Origin: Amoebophrya sp. A120
Taxonomy: Eukaryota; Protista; Dinoflagellata
Length of the DNA: 64,000 nt
Direction: 5' to 3'
Assembly (NCBI GenBank): GCA_905178155.1
Contig: CAJINV010000008.1
Coordinates: forward strand, 3,167,303-3,231,302
The position numbers and the translations under genes were made by a program. The notes beneath the pieces are model-generated. The model was not told where the DNA came from. It saw nothing but the letters and a program-made list of their open reading frames with translations, and searched no databases. The stretch's first letter is position 1. Each line of letters opens with the position of its first letter. Shown here piece after piece: positions 26,301-36,847 of this stretch.

Positions 26301-29300
26301 TGACGCCCCGCCGGGGTATTACACTAAAAAGTCCCCCCCCGATCCCGGAAGCGGGAAAAAATAATGTTTGTGTATACATAACAAGATTTTTAAATGCGAA
26401 ACTCTTTCGGTCTTTTCCTCTGAGCTACGAGTAGTCTTTCTACTGCAGGAGAACCTTCTATGCGTATAATTTCACAAGGATCGCTTGCATGACAAGTGCC
26501 GCGCTTGCTGGGCCTGGAGTCTTTTGCAGTACAAATTTTTGCTATTCACCATTGAAAATCTGCGACGCTGATACATGAAAGAGGGCGAGCGTTCCCATAA
26601 TTGGGAACTGGAACAAGCTTTGCCATACAAAAACAAACGCTTCCACGTTCTGGGGTCGTGGCGGCACTTATTTTCCATATTTATACGAGGAACCAGCTAT
26701 TTTCTCAGGGCGCAGCGAACGCCACCAGTAGTACTGGCGTTGCGGCGAGTGGTTCTTCCTCCGGAGCACCTGCAGCGCACCACCAGCGCCAACAGTACAT
26801 TGGCTCCGCGGAAGTGCAGGCGGCTCTGTCGAAAACACTCCCCATGCTGCTGCAGTTCCTGCACCTGTACCCGCACGCCCGGTCCCTGTGCTTCGATGTG
26901 ATCCACGAGGTCGCGCAACTCACGGCCAACGCGTCGTTGTTGAAGCCCTTTCTGCTGGAGCTGGTGCCGCTTCTTCTGGAATCACTGAACGCACTGGAGC
27001 ACCGCAAGGTCGCGGAGTACCAATGGGACTTCAACCGGGCAGGCGCCGGCGAGAAATACGAACAAGCCCGCATCGCGGCGTCCAAAGACTCACCCAGCTT
27101 CCGGCTGCTGCGGCGCCTGGTGCCCAGTTTCGACCGGCCCGCCCTGTTGGAGCTGTCCGGGACGCTGCGGAAGTTAATGCGGCAGGGGGTGGGCTCCAAC
27201 ACGAGGTGCGGGGTCTGCGATTTCTACTCCATGCTGGCCGCGGAGATGTACCGTGAGGAAAAATCCCCCCTCCCCATATTGAAAACGTATGCTCCTAAAA
27301 ATTTGTGATGCTGATTTGTGGCCACAAATCCTGTCTCTCTTGCAAGGAGGCAAATCCAAAGAATTCGCAGCCTTAGGGAGGCGATTTGTGATGCTGTTTC
27401 ACGTACATGGCAGGCCTCTGTCATGCTCAGCGCCTAAGTACAACAAAACACCCCTACGCAGGCTGCGGCTTTGCTTGTAGTGCCTCACTGCAAGACAGGG
27501 CTGATTTGTGTACACAAATCCAGCAACAGAGGTTTCCGCTTCAATATGGAAAGGGGGGATTTTTCACTTTGATAAGATGCCGCATGTGTTCTCGCAGCCG
27601 ATCGCGTTGCAGACTTTGCGGGCCATTGCGAGCTCGCTGGTGGACGAAAGCATCGCGGTCAAGTCCGCAGCAGCGTTATTGTGACGAAAAATCCCCCGCC
27701 CACCCCATGTCGAAAAGTAGAATAAGTTTTGTGATGCTAGATTTGCATACACAACTCGGACTGTATTGCTAGAAGAAGGCCAAGAGACGCAGCTGCGGCC
27801 TCGTTTGCGCACCATTTCTCTACTCGATGTGTCCCTCTACTTCCAGTTGCTTCCTGTCATGCTGAAGGCGCAAGGCTTTGGCTTTGTTTCCCACGCCGGC
27901 CAGCACTCCAGTCCACATGTCTCTTCCGTTCTAGCTGGCATGACGACGTGACTTGCGATTTTTGCAAATCGTGCTACACCAGTCCTCCTCTGAGTATGGG
28001 ATGAAGGAGGGACTTTTCGTTGCAATACGCGTCCGCGTTTGCGAGTATCGCCAAACGGGTCGACGACAAGACGAGCCTGGCAGAAATCATCGAGAAAAAG
28101 TATCAGAATGAAAAATGCCCCCACCCCCGAACTTGAAAGCATTTGTATTGCAAACCTTTCCAAATGAAACATTCGCCCTCTTGCACCTATCAGCATCACA
28201 GGTTTCCAATCGTGAATAGCGAAAATTTGTATTGCAAAAGACCCCAGCAAGAGCGGCGCTTGTCATGCAAGCGATGCGATACACGCCTAGACTCTGCATC
28301 AGAAAGATTCATACTCCTTTCATGCATGACAAAAAGGTTTCATTTGGAAACTTCGCATCACAAATTTTTGCAATTTGAGGGGTGGGGGGCACTTTTCACT
28401 GTAATAAAAAGCTGCTGCCCGGAGCAGCAGACTTTAATGATGATGTTGAAGACGTGAATGTGGACGACGCGGCGCGAGGAGTAGGACTACCAACGCTATC
28501 AAGTGCAAAAATGTCTGGGTCTGGAAGAATACAAACTTGTGATGCGCATTCCAGAACACAGGAAAATCTCTCATGCATAGGCAGCAAAAGTTGCCCACTT
28601 TCTGTCACCAAAATGCGACTTGTCATGCGGATTCGGCATTGCGGACGCTTCTCGAATCCTGTGATGCTAGAGCTTCCATGCCAGACCTTCTGCGTCATGC
28701 AAAAACAGCATGACTCTTCCAGACCGAGACACTTTTGCATTTTATAAACGCCCAAAAAAGGCCAAGCGGAGCCTGCTGTTGAAGTGGAGCCGGGGACGAA
28801 ACAGGTGTCGACAGTTCTCCGCCTAGACGAGGGCGGCCGAGCAGGAGAGAACCCGAAAGAGGTCCGCGGTGAAGTAGAAGTAGATGTCGCAATGTCACTG
28901 GACCAACGCGGGCCGGGCAGTGGTATGATGGGAACAAAAAATCCTCCCCATATTGAAAAGCCTTACTTACTTCTGAAAATTTGTGATGCTATGGCTAATT
29001 TCTGGCCACAGACCGTGCCTGTCTTGCAAAGGGGCAATTCCAGAGAGTCCGCCTCAGTACGCCGGCGGTTTAGAATTATGCAGTCGCGCCCATAGGGCAG
29101 GCCCCTGCTATAATGCAGCTATGGGCCTACGCGACTAAAACACCCCTTCGCAGCCTTAGCTTCTACCTGCGGTCGTGCCATACTGCACACAAATGATCCA
29201 GCAGCAGAAAGCCGCGCTTCAATATGGGACATCAGCGGGGGGATGATTTTTCATTTTGATAAGTGAGCACCGATCTTTGCTAAAGACCTCGGCATCCGAC

Positions 29301-32300
29301 CTCGGGTTTCTCACCACCTCGTATCCTGATGAAAAACGTCCCCACACCAGAGTCAAGATGGGAAACCTGCTAGACAGATCAGCCAGCCTTGGTTGTCTGG
29401 CATGACAAGTTTCTTGTCCTCGTCGTGTAGTCCTGTTTAGCTAGTTCAGAAGCATCACAGATCTAACATGGCATGCTGATTATAGCATCACAAATTCAAA
29501 AACACGAATAGAAAACGTTTCAAATAGGGCTCCGCATGAGAAACTTTTTTGGCGTGCAGAATTGCATGACAGCTCTGGGGTGGGGACGTTTTTACTCAGA
29601 ATACCTCGGCAAAGGCTTTGTCCGAGATCCACCTATCAACTGCAAATATGTCTGGGTCTGGAAAGTTGTGATGCTGTCTGGCCAATCATGTGGACGTCTG
29701 CATTGACAGCCAAGCATGACAAGTTTTGGAGTTGCTATAGTCTTGTCTATCTGCATGACAAGCTGCGTTTCTGCATGACAGAGAAGTGTGGCTTTTGGGT
29801 GGCGCGCATGACAGACTTGATAGCCATGCCAGACTAGCACGACAAATCTCGCAATCCCCCAGACCCAGACACTTTTACTTTTGATACCACCGCCGAGGGT
29901 GCGATTTGCGTTCGCTCCAATTGCGCGACCGCCTGTGCAGCCAGTGCTTTTTTCACCAGTTCCACGCGGTGGACCGGGTCAAGCAAGAATGGACCGCATT
30001 GTGGCTGGAACTGGGCTTTTCTGTCCGGCAAGCCCTTACTCTCGAGCCCGTCGTCACCGTTTTAGCCCGCGCGCTGCAATCGCAGGACCGCGCAACGCGG
30101 ATGCAGGCCTGTCGCGCCGCGGTACAACTCTCGCAAGACCTTCTCGCAGGTCGTACCACCACTGGTTCAGGAGACGAGGACGCGAATAAGGACCTGCAGC
30201 GGCTGGCAGCGGCGCTGGCGAAATACGAGAGACATGCAACCCCCCCCTCGGTCGTCATGGTCATCGTCGCCTTTAATATTATTGGTAAATTATTTTTTCG
30301 CATGCAAAGATGCAATTCCAGGGCAGTACTACCTAGCCTTCTAACTAGCTGCGTCGTCTTGCATAGCACTACAGGCCGTACCTGGATCTATTTTTGTCAT
30401 GCAAACGCTACAATTCTATCCTTGTCGCGATTGCCGCGCATCACGTCCTGCAAAGGGAAGGGGAGTTGTGCACTGTGATACGAAAAGTGTGGAAACCTAC
30501 AAGCTCGCGTACGTCGGGGCAAGTGTGGTATTGCGCGCCCTGGTCACGCTGCTGATGCACCTAAATGTAGGAACAAATATGACATTCACCGGCGCAAGAA
30601 GCGCAGATGAAGCGGCGGGCGACAAGGACCACGAAGTGGGAGGTGAGGACTCAACGTTTCTTGCAAAAACCGCTTCTTCCCCTGGTGCTCTTGGCACGCG
30701 GCAGGTGCAGGCCTGCGTGGAGATGGTGAGGTCGACGCGCGTGGAGGATACCGATCGCGCGGAAGCGCTGTGCATTCTGACCGACATGGTCGCGAAACTG
30801 GGGCGCGGCATCGCACGGGAGATTCCCGTGGCCGATCTGTACAGGTGGATCGAAACCAAGCTGGACCAGAAAGAGTATGGTGTTCTCAAACGTTACATTC
30901 TCAACTGTAACATGAATCTGTAATGCAAGAATGGCAAAAGCCAAAGGGGGAAGATTGCAAAACTTGCATTACAAATGCCACGCTGATTTAGGTGGTGTTT
31001 AGCCCTTCGCAAATTTGTCATGCGAAGCAGCTTGATCTTGTTGATGATGATGGTAGTTTTGCATCACAAACTCACGTAACAGTTGAGAATGTAACGTTTG
31101 AGAACTCCATAAAGAAGTCGAGCTCCGCCAGGAAGCAGAGAAGGACTTTGCCTTCGTGGCGAAAGTTCGTGGACGCGGCCCGGCCGAGAAGCTGCTTTCG
31201 CCGGTTTTCGATCTCTGGGCCGCGGTCCTGGACGGCCAAGACGTATCAAATGTAAAAATGTCTGGGTCTGGAAGAATCTAAACTTGTGACGCTGTCTCTT
31301 GATTCGAAAAGGATTTGTATTGCATGACCAGTAAGAGGAGTAGATTTTGTGCTCCGCGGAGAGGGCATTTGTCATGCGGAATGGGCATCAAGAATCCCTC
31401 CAAAGCCCTGTGATGCTAGGGCATGCATTACAGGCATAATGGGTCATGAGAAATATGCATGACAAATCGCGCACTCTTCCAGACCAAGACATTTTTACAT
31501 TTGATAAGACGGGGGAGGTGACGATTCTTATACGGTTGCACGACCACCAGGAGTTGCATTTTTATGCATTCTTGAAAATGTCGATCTCAATCTGGAAAGA
31601 TGCACACTTGTCTTCATGCGCATTTCTGATTTTTGCGAAGAAAATCTCTTCAATGCATAAACAGCACAATAAGGTACTACCCAAATATTGGCACTTCATT
31701 CTATCGAGCAAAGAGAAGATTACATGTTCTCTCGCTGCAAAAAATTGATGTTCTCAAAGCCTGTGAAGATGCCAGTAGGGCTCCTGCATACCACGTGACC
31801 TTCAGCGTCGTGCGAAATGAGCACCCGACCTCGACCAAGAAAAGCTGCACTATTCTTCCAGAGCCAGACACGACATTTGCATTTGATCAGTACCGGCACC
31901 ACGACCTGCCGGGGGGACCACGGGGCCGCCTGCCGCAAGGACGACGCAGCAACTGCTCGGCCGCTATCTCCAAGCGTGGCTTCGCGAATACGCACACGCC
32001 ACCGGGACTCTGCGCGTGGCGATGCTGCGCGCGCTGCGGCGTATCCTGCTCAAGCATTTCTCAACAGTCCGCGTCGGGGGCGGAGTAGATGTTCATACAA
32101 CTGGTGCCAACGTGGACCACAACGCCGCAGCTGCCACTGCCCGTTTTTTCGAAAGCGATTTTTACGGCGAAATGGTTCCAAGCAGTGGAGCAGGACAAGG
32201 CATCATGACCACGCCGTCGAGTGGAACAAGAACGACCGGCAGAGACCTGCTTCTCCAAGTTGCAAAGATCGCCCTCAACACCGTCAACGAAGATTGGTCG

Positions 32301-32789
32301 AGAATCCGACGCGCGGGCCTGATCCTGCTCGCCGCCTTCGTTCGAGTAGACGTAGACCAGTTGTTGCGGACCTGTGTGCAGTTGGAAGAGTTGGAAGCGT
32401 TCTTGCTCACGCTCGAGCACGCTGAGACAAACAACCTGGACGAGGCGCTTCACGAGGATCTTGAAGAAAGACAGGCACTGCAAACTTTGAACGCGTTCAG
32501 AAATATGCATTGCAAATATCGATCTGGGTCCGGAACGAAGAGTGCAGGTTTGATTTGGCATGCTTGTCTCACATGACAGTTGGATCTGTCATGCGTGAGC
32601 ACGCAAAAAGCCTCTTGCCTGTCATGCAAAAGTGCAGTTTTTGCCAAACAGAAAGCGAAACACAAAGATGCCCAGAAACTCTTCGGGCGTGGCTGCGTAT
32701 CGCGATAGGGTCAGCATTCACGGACTAGCAGCCCAATTTTCCAGATACAGACATATTTGCAATTAATAAGAAATGAACTTCGCGGATAA
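14339..32789 (+). CDS. ECM29: Proteasome adaptor/scaffold ECM29 (HEAT repeats). 34 exons split by 33 non-canonical inverted-repeat introns, ~2801 aa. An extra 5' exon from ATG 13959 is possible.
   Basis: MDQYERVLLRL...KKVIDILNHVLQR and LREASCRCLTQLL...LWEAVIQVTDDLEPKI...LTIRLC resemble ECM29. Removing each element plus 5 nt leaves 8406 nt (2802 codons), in frame at every junction and ending at TAA 32787-32789. Confidence 0.85.
15057..15408. mobile_element. IR introner (old, family F-like)
   Basis: TIR matches at 15 of 20 positions. DR is decayed (ttgcg/accgg). Removal plus 5 nt restores the frame. Confidence 0.65.
15498..15780. mobile_element. IR introner family C
   Basis: Perfect 19-bp TIR TATCCTGAGTAAAAACGTA; DR cgagt/cgagt. 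Confidence 0.92.
15847..16184. mobile_element. IR introner family A (degenerate)
   Basis: TATG...CATA ends with GGGTCTGGAA; DR tcgtc/ggctc; frame restored. Confidence 0.7.
16284..16498. mobile_element. IR introner family A
   Basis: AAATATGTCTGG / CCAGACATATTT; DR tttgg/tttgc. Confidence 0.85.
16944..17157. mobile_element. IR introner family F
   Basis: TATCG..AGAAAAAA / TTTTTTCT..CGATA; DR catca/cacca. Confidence 0.85.
17262..17642. mobile_element. IR introner family A, with an internal 18-bp tandem duplication
   Basis: TGCAAATATGTCTGGG / CCCAGACAGTATTTGCA; DR gaggg/gagag. Confidence 0.85.
18564..18888. mobile_element. IR introner family B
   Basis: ~30-bp TIR with AAGGAAAAATCCCCCCTCCCCATA; DR ccacg/ccacg. 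Confidence 0.93.
19152..19482. mobile_element. IR introner family D
   Basis: TIR TATGGRAGTGTCAGGATTGAAATC; DR ccatc/ccgtc. Confidence 0.92.
19678..19947. mobile_element. IR introner family A
   Basis: TGCAAATA.GTCTGGGTCT TIR; DR cctcg/ccgcg. Confidence 0.9.
19986..20278. mobile_element. IR introner family A variant
   Basis: TGCAAATATCCCTGGA.GTCTGGAAA TIR; DR ctgcg/ctgcg. Confidence 0.92.
20295..20684. mobile_element. IR introner (degenerate)
   Basis: TATCCAACAGAAA / TTTCTGTGCTATA; DR agccg/agcct; frame restored. Confidence 0.75.
21386..21685. mobile_element. IR introner family A
   Basis: TGCAAATAT / ATATTTGCA; DR cgagc/cgagc. Confidence 0.9.
21787..22156. mobile_element. IR introner family B (degenerate, right end ACA)
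   Basis: C-rich/G-rich TIR remnants; DR tcctc/tcctc. Confidence 0.82.
22282..22605. mobile_element. IR introner family D
   Basis: ~40-bp imperfect TIR; DR aggcg/aggcg. Confidence 0.92.
22724..22952. mobile_element. IR introner family E
   Basis: TATGA..GTGCACAA..TCCCCCT TIR; DR tcgac/tcgac. Confidence 0.92.
23005..23317. mobile_element. IR introner family B
   Basis: TATYGAGAGGAAA...CCCTCCCCATAT TIR; DR cggtc/cggtc. Confidence 0.93.
23399..23626. mobile_element. IR introner family E, close relative of 22724-22952
   Basis: TATRACAGT...CAACTCCCCCTC TIR; DR cgggt/cgggt. Confidence 0.92.
24654..24915. mobile_element. IR introner family A
   Basis: 32-bp TIR TATCAAMTGTAAAAATGTCTGGGTCTGGAAGA; DR cactt/cactt. 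Confidence 0.95.
25320..25671. mobile_element. IR introner family C
   Basis: GTAAA..CCCACCCC TIR; DR ttcga/ttcga. Confidence 0.9.
25731..26018. mobile_element. IR introner family A
   Basis: TGCAAAT.TGTCTGG TIR; DR gccca/gctca. Confidence 0.88.
26317..26685. mobile_element. IR introner family G (degenerate)
   Basis: TAT...ATA ends; interior similar to 28101-28406 in reverse; DR cgggg/cgagg. Confidence 0.8.
27249..27574. mobile_element. IR introner family B, inverted relative to 23005-23317
   Basis: GAAAAATCCCCCCT TIR; DR agatg/agatg. Confidence 0.92.
27677..28027. mobile_element. IR introner family B variant
   Basis: TATTG..ACGAAAA.TCCC TIR; DR agcgt/cgcgt. Confidence 0.88.
28101..28406. 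mobile_element. IR introner family G
   Basis: TGAAAA.TGCCCCCACCCC TIR; DR aaaag/aaaag. Confidence 0.92.
28497..28746. mobile_element. IR introner family A
   Basis: TGCAAAA.TGTCT.GGTCTGGAAGA TIR; DR aacgc/aacgc. Confidence 0.92.
28924..29261. mobile_element. IR introner family B (degenerate)
   Basis: AAAAATC.TCCCC TIR; DR agtgg/agtga. Confidence 0.85.
29322..29603. mobile_element. IR introner family C
   Basis: AAAAACGTCCCCAC TIR; DR cctcg/cctcg. Confidence 0.93.
29634..29886. mobile_element. IR introner family A
   Basis: TATCAA...TGTCTGGGTCTGG TIR; DR ccacc/ccacc. Confidence 0.92.
30224..30480. mobile_element. IR introner family E (degenerate)
   Basis: Right end GGGGAGTTGTGCACTGTGATA; DR cgaaa/cgaaa. 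Confidence 0.85.
30876..31111. mobile_element. IR introner family H
   Basis: 33-bp TIR TATGGWGTTCTCAAACGTTACATTCTCAACTGT; DR aagag/aagaa. Confidence 0.93.
31244..31506. mobile_element. IR introner family A
   Basis: TATCAAATGTAAAAATGTCT.GGTCTGGAAGA TIR; DR agacg/agacg. Confidence 0.95.
31563..31888. mobile_element. IR introner family A (old, DR lost)
   Basis: AAATGTCG...TCTGGAA / TTCCAGA...CGACATTT. Removal plus 5 nt restores the frame. Confidence 0.7.
32504..32768. mobile_element. IR introner family A, last ECM29 intron
   Basis: ATTGCAAATAT TIR; DR agaaa/agaaa; the join reads ...FRNELRG*. Confidence 0.9.
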
Positions 32790-33049
32790 GATCAACATCC
32801 AACTAAATGAAACGAAGGCCAGCTCCAAAAGAAGAAGAACGCCCTTAGCACTTCACTTTCCCAAAAAATAAATGCACGACAAAACAGAGATCTGACGGCT
32901 CCACTCCTTTTTTTTTCAGACTGAGTAATATTACCAGCCGGACAACTATAACCACAGAGTCAACGCCTTGGCATCAATTGTGATGAATGTCGCGAAGAGT
33001 CATGATTGACATCGTTGCTGCTGCAACGAACAGCGGAGGAATTTGAGTC

Positions 33050-35120
33050 AGAAAAATCTAAGACGAATATTGATATCGATCCCAAAGAACAATGATCACC
33101 GGATCCGCTTTTTTCTTCCGAAGCCGATCGATCATTGAAGGATTGCGGATATTGATTGTTGGTGGATTCTTTGTCTTTCGATTTTGTCGATGAAAATTCC
33201 AGAACTTGTGGCTCTCTCTGTCCGTCACAACCGAAAAAAAAAATCGCTAAAGTTATCGGATCGATTCTTCCGGATCAAGCGGATATGTACCAGATTCCTC
33301 GATAAGATTCTGGTCGATGAAATTCATTTCATTTCCATAATTCAATCTTGATTGAGATTCTGTCCAAGGAAGAGAAAATGGAAAAAAGAATGACAGAGAA
33401 TCTGAGTCGGAAAAAAGAATGACAGAGAATCTGAGTCAAAATTCTTCATCCATTTCGAATGATAATTCTAGTCGTTGGATTCGTGAATCATGGATCAGTT
33501 TTCTGAAAAAAATTGTTATAGATTTATTTCATCCCATATCTGATATTGATTCAGATCAGGAAAAGAATAAATAGATTCAAGGATAATTGGAGTCCAGGTT
33601 CTGGATTGATGCCGACACACAAATATTAATTTTTAAAAATTTTATTTCTCATGATGGGAGTCTGGATATTTCCCTCAAGAAATTCCGATAAAATCGGAAA
33701 AAGAATATCTGAAAATCTCTGAAAAATATTCTTGAGAAATTTTGCAAGAATTTTCGTCCGATCGTCTCGTCACAATCGAGTCAGGTCGGGTTTCGAAGTT
33801 TTTTGGAAATTTTTCGGTCATGTTTCGAAATTTTCGAAATTTTATTTTTCTAAGTTTTTCATGGGTCTGTAAATTTTCCAAATATGAAATCATGGAAAAT
33901 CGGAAACACAAATATGATTGAAATCCGATCGGATATATTCTACAGAATTTATATCGTTATTATTTTTCTATAATTTCTCAAGCAATTTCATTTCCAAAAA
34001 AATCTCCTAAAATGAAACAAAAGAAACAATGAGATCGAAAATGATATGAGAATGATATTGGATAATCTCGGATGGGATTAAAGAGATTGACAATCTAAAT
34101 CATTCATCATCTCATGATTCATCGATCTGAATCAATCCTCGATATTCTCATGATGAGATGGTATGGAGATCAATCCTCTTTTTTTTTCGTTAAAAATTCT
34201 ATTTCTCTTCCATCGATTCATTCTTCCGATATTCATGTCTATTCGAGAGAGAGATAGGGAGGATAATTCTTGCGATATTATCAACAGATAGAATTCATTT
34301 CATTTCGTCCATTCTGACATATATCCACTCCAATTTTTATTTTCATATCGACGAAAAATTTCTTTCTTTCTGGTCATGTCTGGGCATGACTCAAATTGTC
34401 TCATAGGCCCAATCCGAGATTATCCATCTTTGTTTCCATCTTCATTTCTCTTTCTCTCAAAAGATAAAACTTTTCGTCGATTTTATCTTTCTCTCAAAAG
34501 ATAAAATCGACGAAAAATTTCTATCATCAATCATTCTTGATTCTCTCTGTCTCATACAAATTTATGACACAATCTATATTTCGACAACGAGAAAGAATGA
34601 ATCATTGCCGAAATTTTTGGAAACGAAAAATCAACATGAGAACAACATTATTCTTATTATGGATTGAGATTTTTTTTGATTCATCAATATATTCCAATGT
34701 TGATAATGGAGAACCCAAAAATTTTTTTCGAATAACCTTACTCCCAACCCATCCTGAAGATTTGATATTTCGAAAAACATATATTCTTGCCTATCTCTCC
34801 AAAAGAATGATGTGAAGATTAAGAGAATCAAATCAAACATACGGAACATTTTCACCTCTCATCTGAAGATCTGTGAATTATTTGTGCCCACTCTCCTGCA
34901 CCGACAATACCCACACCAACGAACTAGAATGGTTGGACAGACCGATCGATAATAATGACCATGACCGGATGTCGGGCTCTACCCCACATGGATGCATGGA
35001 ATGAATGAGGTCATGGATGCGTGAACCCATCAAAAATCTCCAATACATTCAGTGATTGGATATCCGAAGCCACAGAAAGATCACTATGAATGGAATCTCG
35101 ATCAATCTCGAAATCTCATA
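33050..35120. other. AT-rich non-coding tract with strong GpC depletion
   Basis: By eye, about 8 GpC versus about 45 CpG in 33301-34860. Contains a 29-bp tandem duplication (33380-33437) and a 20-bp-stem hairpin (34471-34516). Confidence 0.75.
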
Positions 35121-36847
35121 CGGTGGAGCTCGCTACCTCATTTGGAGGCAGCGACTGTCTAAGCGAAGCACTAACGCGCTCGCATCAGAACTATGAGTGA
35201 GAGGCACCCGGGCGATAGCTACGGCGCGCGGCCCGGCATGATTGCGCCGGCGTTTGCGCCGCAAGAAGAGCGCGCTAACGCGCACCCAACCGGGCCCTGC
35301 AGGGCACTGGGGGCACCAAGGAAGCTAGCGCATTGGGCGATCGGCCACGCGAGCATGGGTGCGACCCCCCTTGTGGCAACGGCAACGGGGGAACATCAAT
35401 TTCGAAATGAAACCTAAAACAGACTATGGAAGTGCATCGTTGAATCCGGACACCCATCCACACATATACGATCATCCGAACCTCCTACATTAGAATCATT
35501 TTCCTTTTCGTTCGTTTGATTTCGCAATTGGAATTGGTACGCTCGCCCACACGCCGACAAATAATACGGCTGAGTGATAGATCAAGATTTCCCGCCGATA
35601 AGTCCGCTCACCACCCACAGCCTGACAGACATACGACCTTGCAGCAGGGTGTTGCCAGGAGGATTCAATCCATCCATCGGCATTGCTTTCACATGAGAAG
35701 ATGGAAAAGCATTCCAATGCTATCTGATATGTTGAGTCGCTCTGTGAGGAGCGAGAGATCGCTCGGCCTTTCGAACAAAAATTGAAAAATATCTGCTGAT
35801 CATGTTTTTAAGAAAATATGGCGCCGCGGTTACGGAAGAGAGGTCCGTCCCGAGCACCTACAGCAGATAGCTGTCGTTCTGCCGTGTTGGAACGACAGCG
35901 ACGAAGTTCATCTACTCATAGTCGGGAAGAAGCCCAGTGGTGACCAGCATCAATCATTATATTCGGCGCTACTCAGCAACTCCAGGGATGACATATTATT
36001 CGTCTTGCGCGCCCGCGCACATGATCAGGTACAACCGCCAGCCTCCCCACGACGACCGTGTGCACCAAGTGCTTGTGAACGCGCATCTACCCCAGGGAAG
36101 CCGCTAAAATCCCCCTAGCGGAAGAGGGAGCCCACAGAAAAAGCCACGGAAAAAGAATCGCACGAAGACTATCTAGAAGATACACAAGTCACGCACGTAC
36201 GACCATTCCCAATGTGCAAGTTTCAAAATAGTTTGAGATCGTTTCCAATGAAGAGGCATGCACCGAAGATAACGAAGAATGTTGCTACGATGTAGCTACA
36301 TCCGAAAATTACGAAAAGAAGAATCTGTGACGGTGCGGGGTCACGGCAACTTTAGTATTATGTCTTGAGCGAGGGACGAGTTCCGATAAGTAAAATCCAG
36401 AAGCACGGGACCCACTTTCGAACACAATTACCGCACGTCCTCCGGGCAACTCACGGTGGTGGCGAATGCCTGCCGCGATGCTGTGTAGCTCGCAGCATTT
36501 TCTGCTCGCTGGCGTTTGATTTGCTTTATCAGTGGTTGACAAAAAATCTAGCGTAAATGGGTGCTTTGATTCATCAGTGCAGAGGTCCGCAACTCTTCAT
36601 GGGGCATCGCAGTTCGTGCTTGTTCACGCTTCCCGCGTTGCCACGGAAAAACGATTCCTTTAACAACCGTCGACCGAGATGTCATGTTTGGAGTATTTTT
36701 GTGTGGACTTGTTCAACATCTGTGTGAAGGAATTAAAAAATTGTTTTTTCATTCCTGCGCCAACTCGCCAAGAACCACGACTACACCAGAAGACTGGGAC
36801 CCGATGATCGTTGATGACAGCCAAGAAAGACTTGTTTATCTTCCTCC

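Noticed and set aside
15498-32768. Repeat/unique alternation resembling a CRISPR array or integron cassettes
   Set aside because: The repeats are inverted pairs of many families, the unique parts are in-frame exons of one eukaryotic gene, and no cas or integrase gene is present.
14339-32789. ECM29 as a transposon-riddled pseudogene
   Set aside because: The assembled exons stay in frame to the terminal stop, even next to heavily decayed inserts, which implies continued selection.
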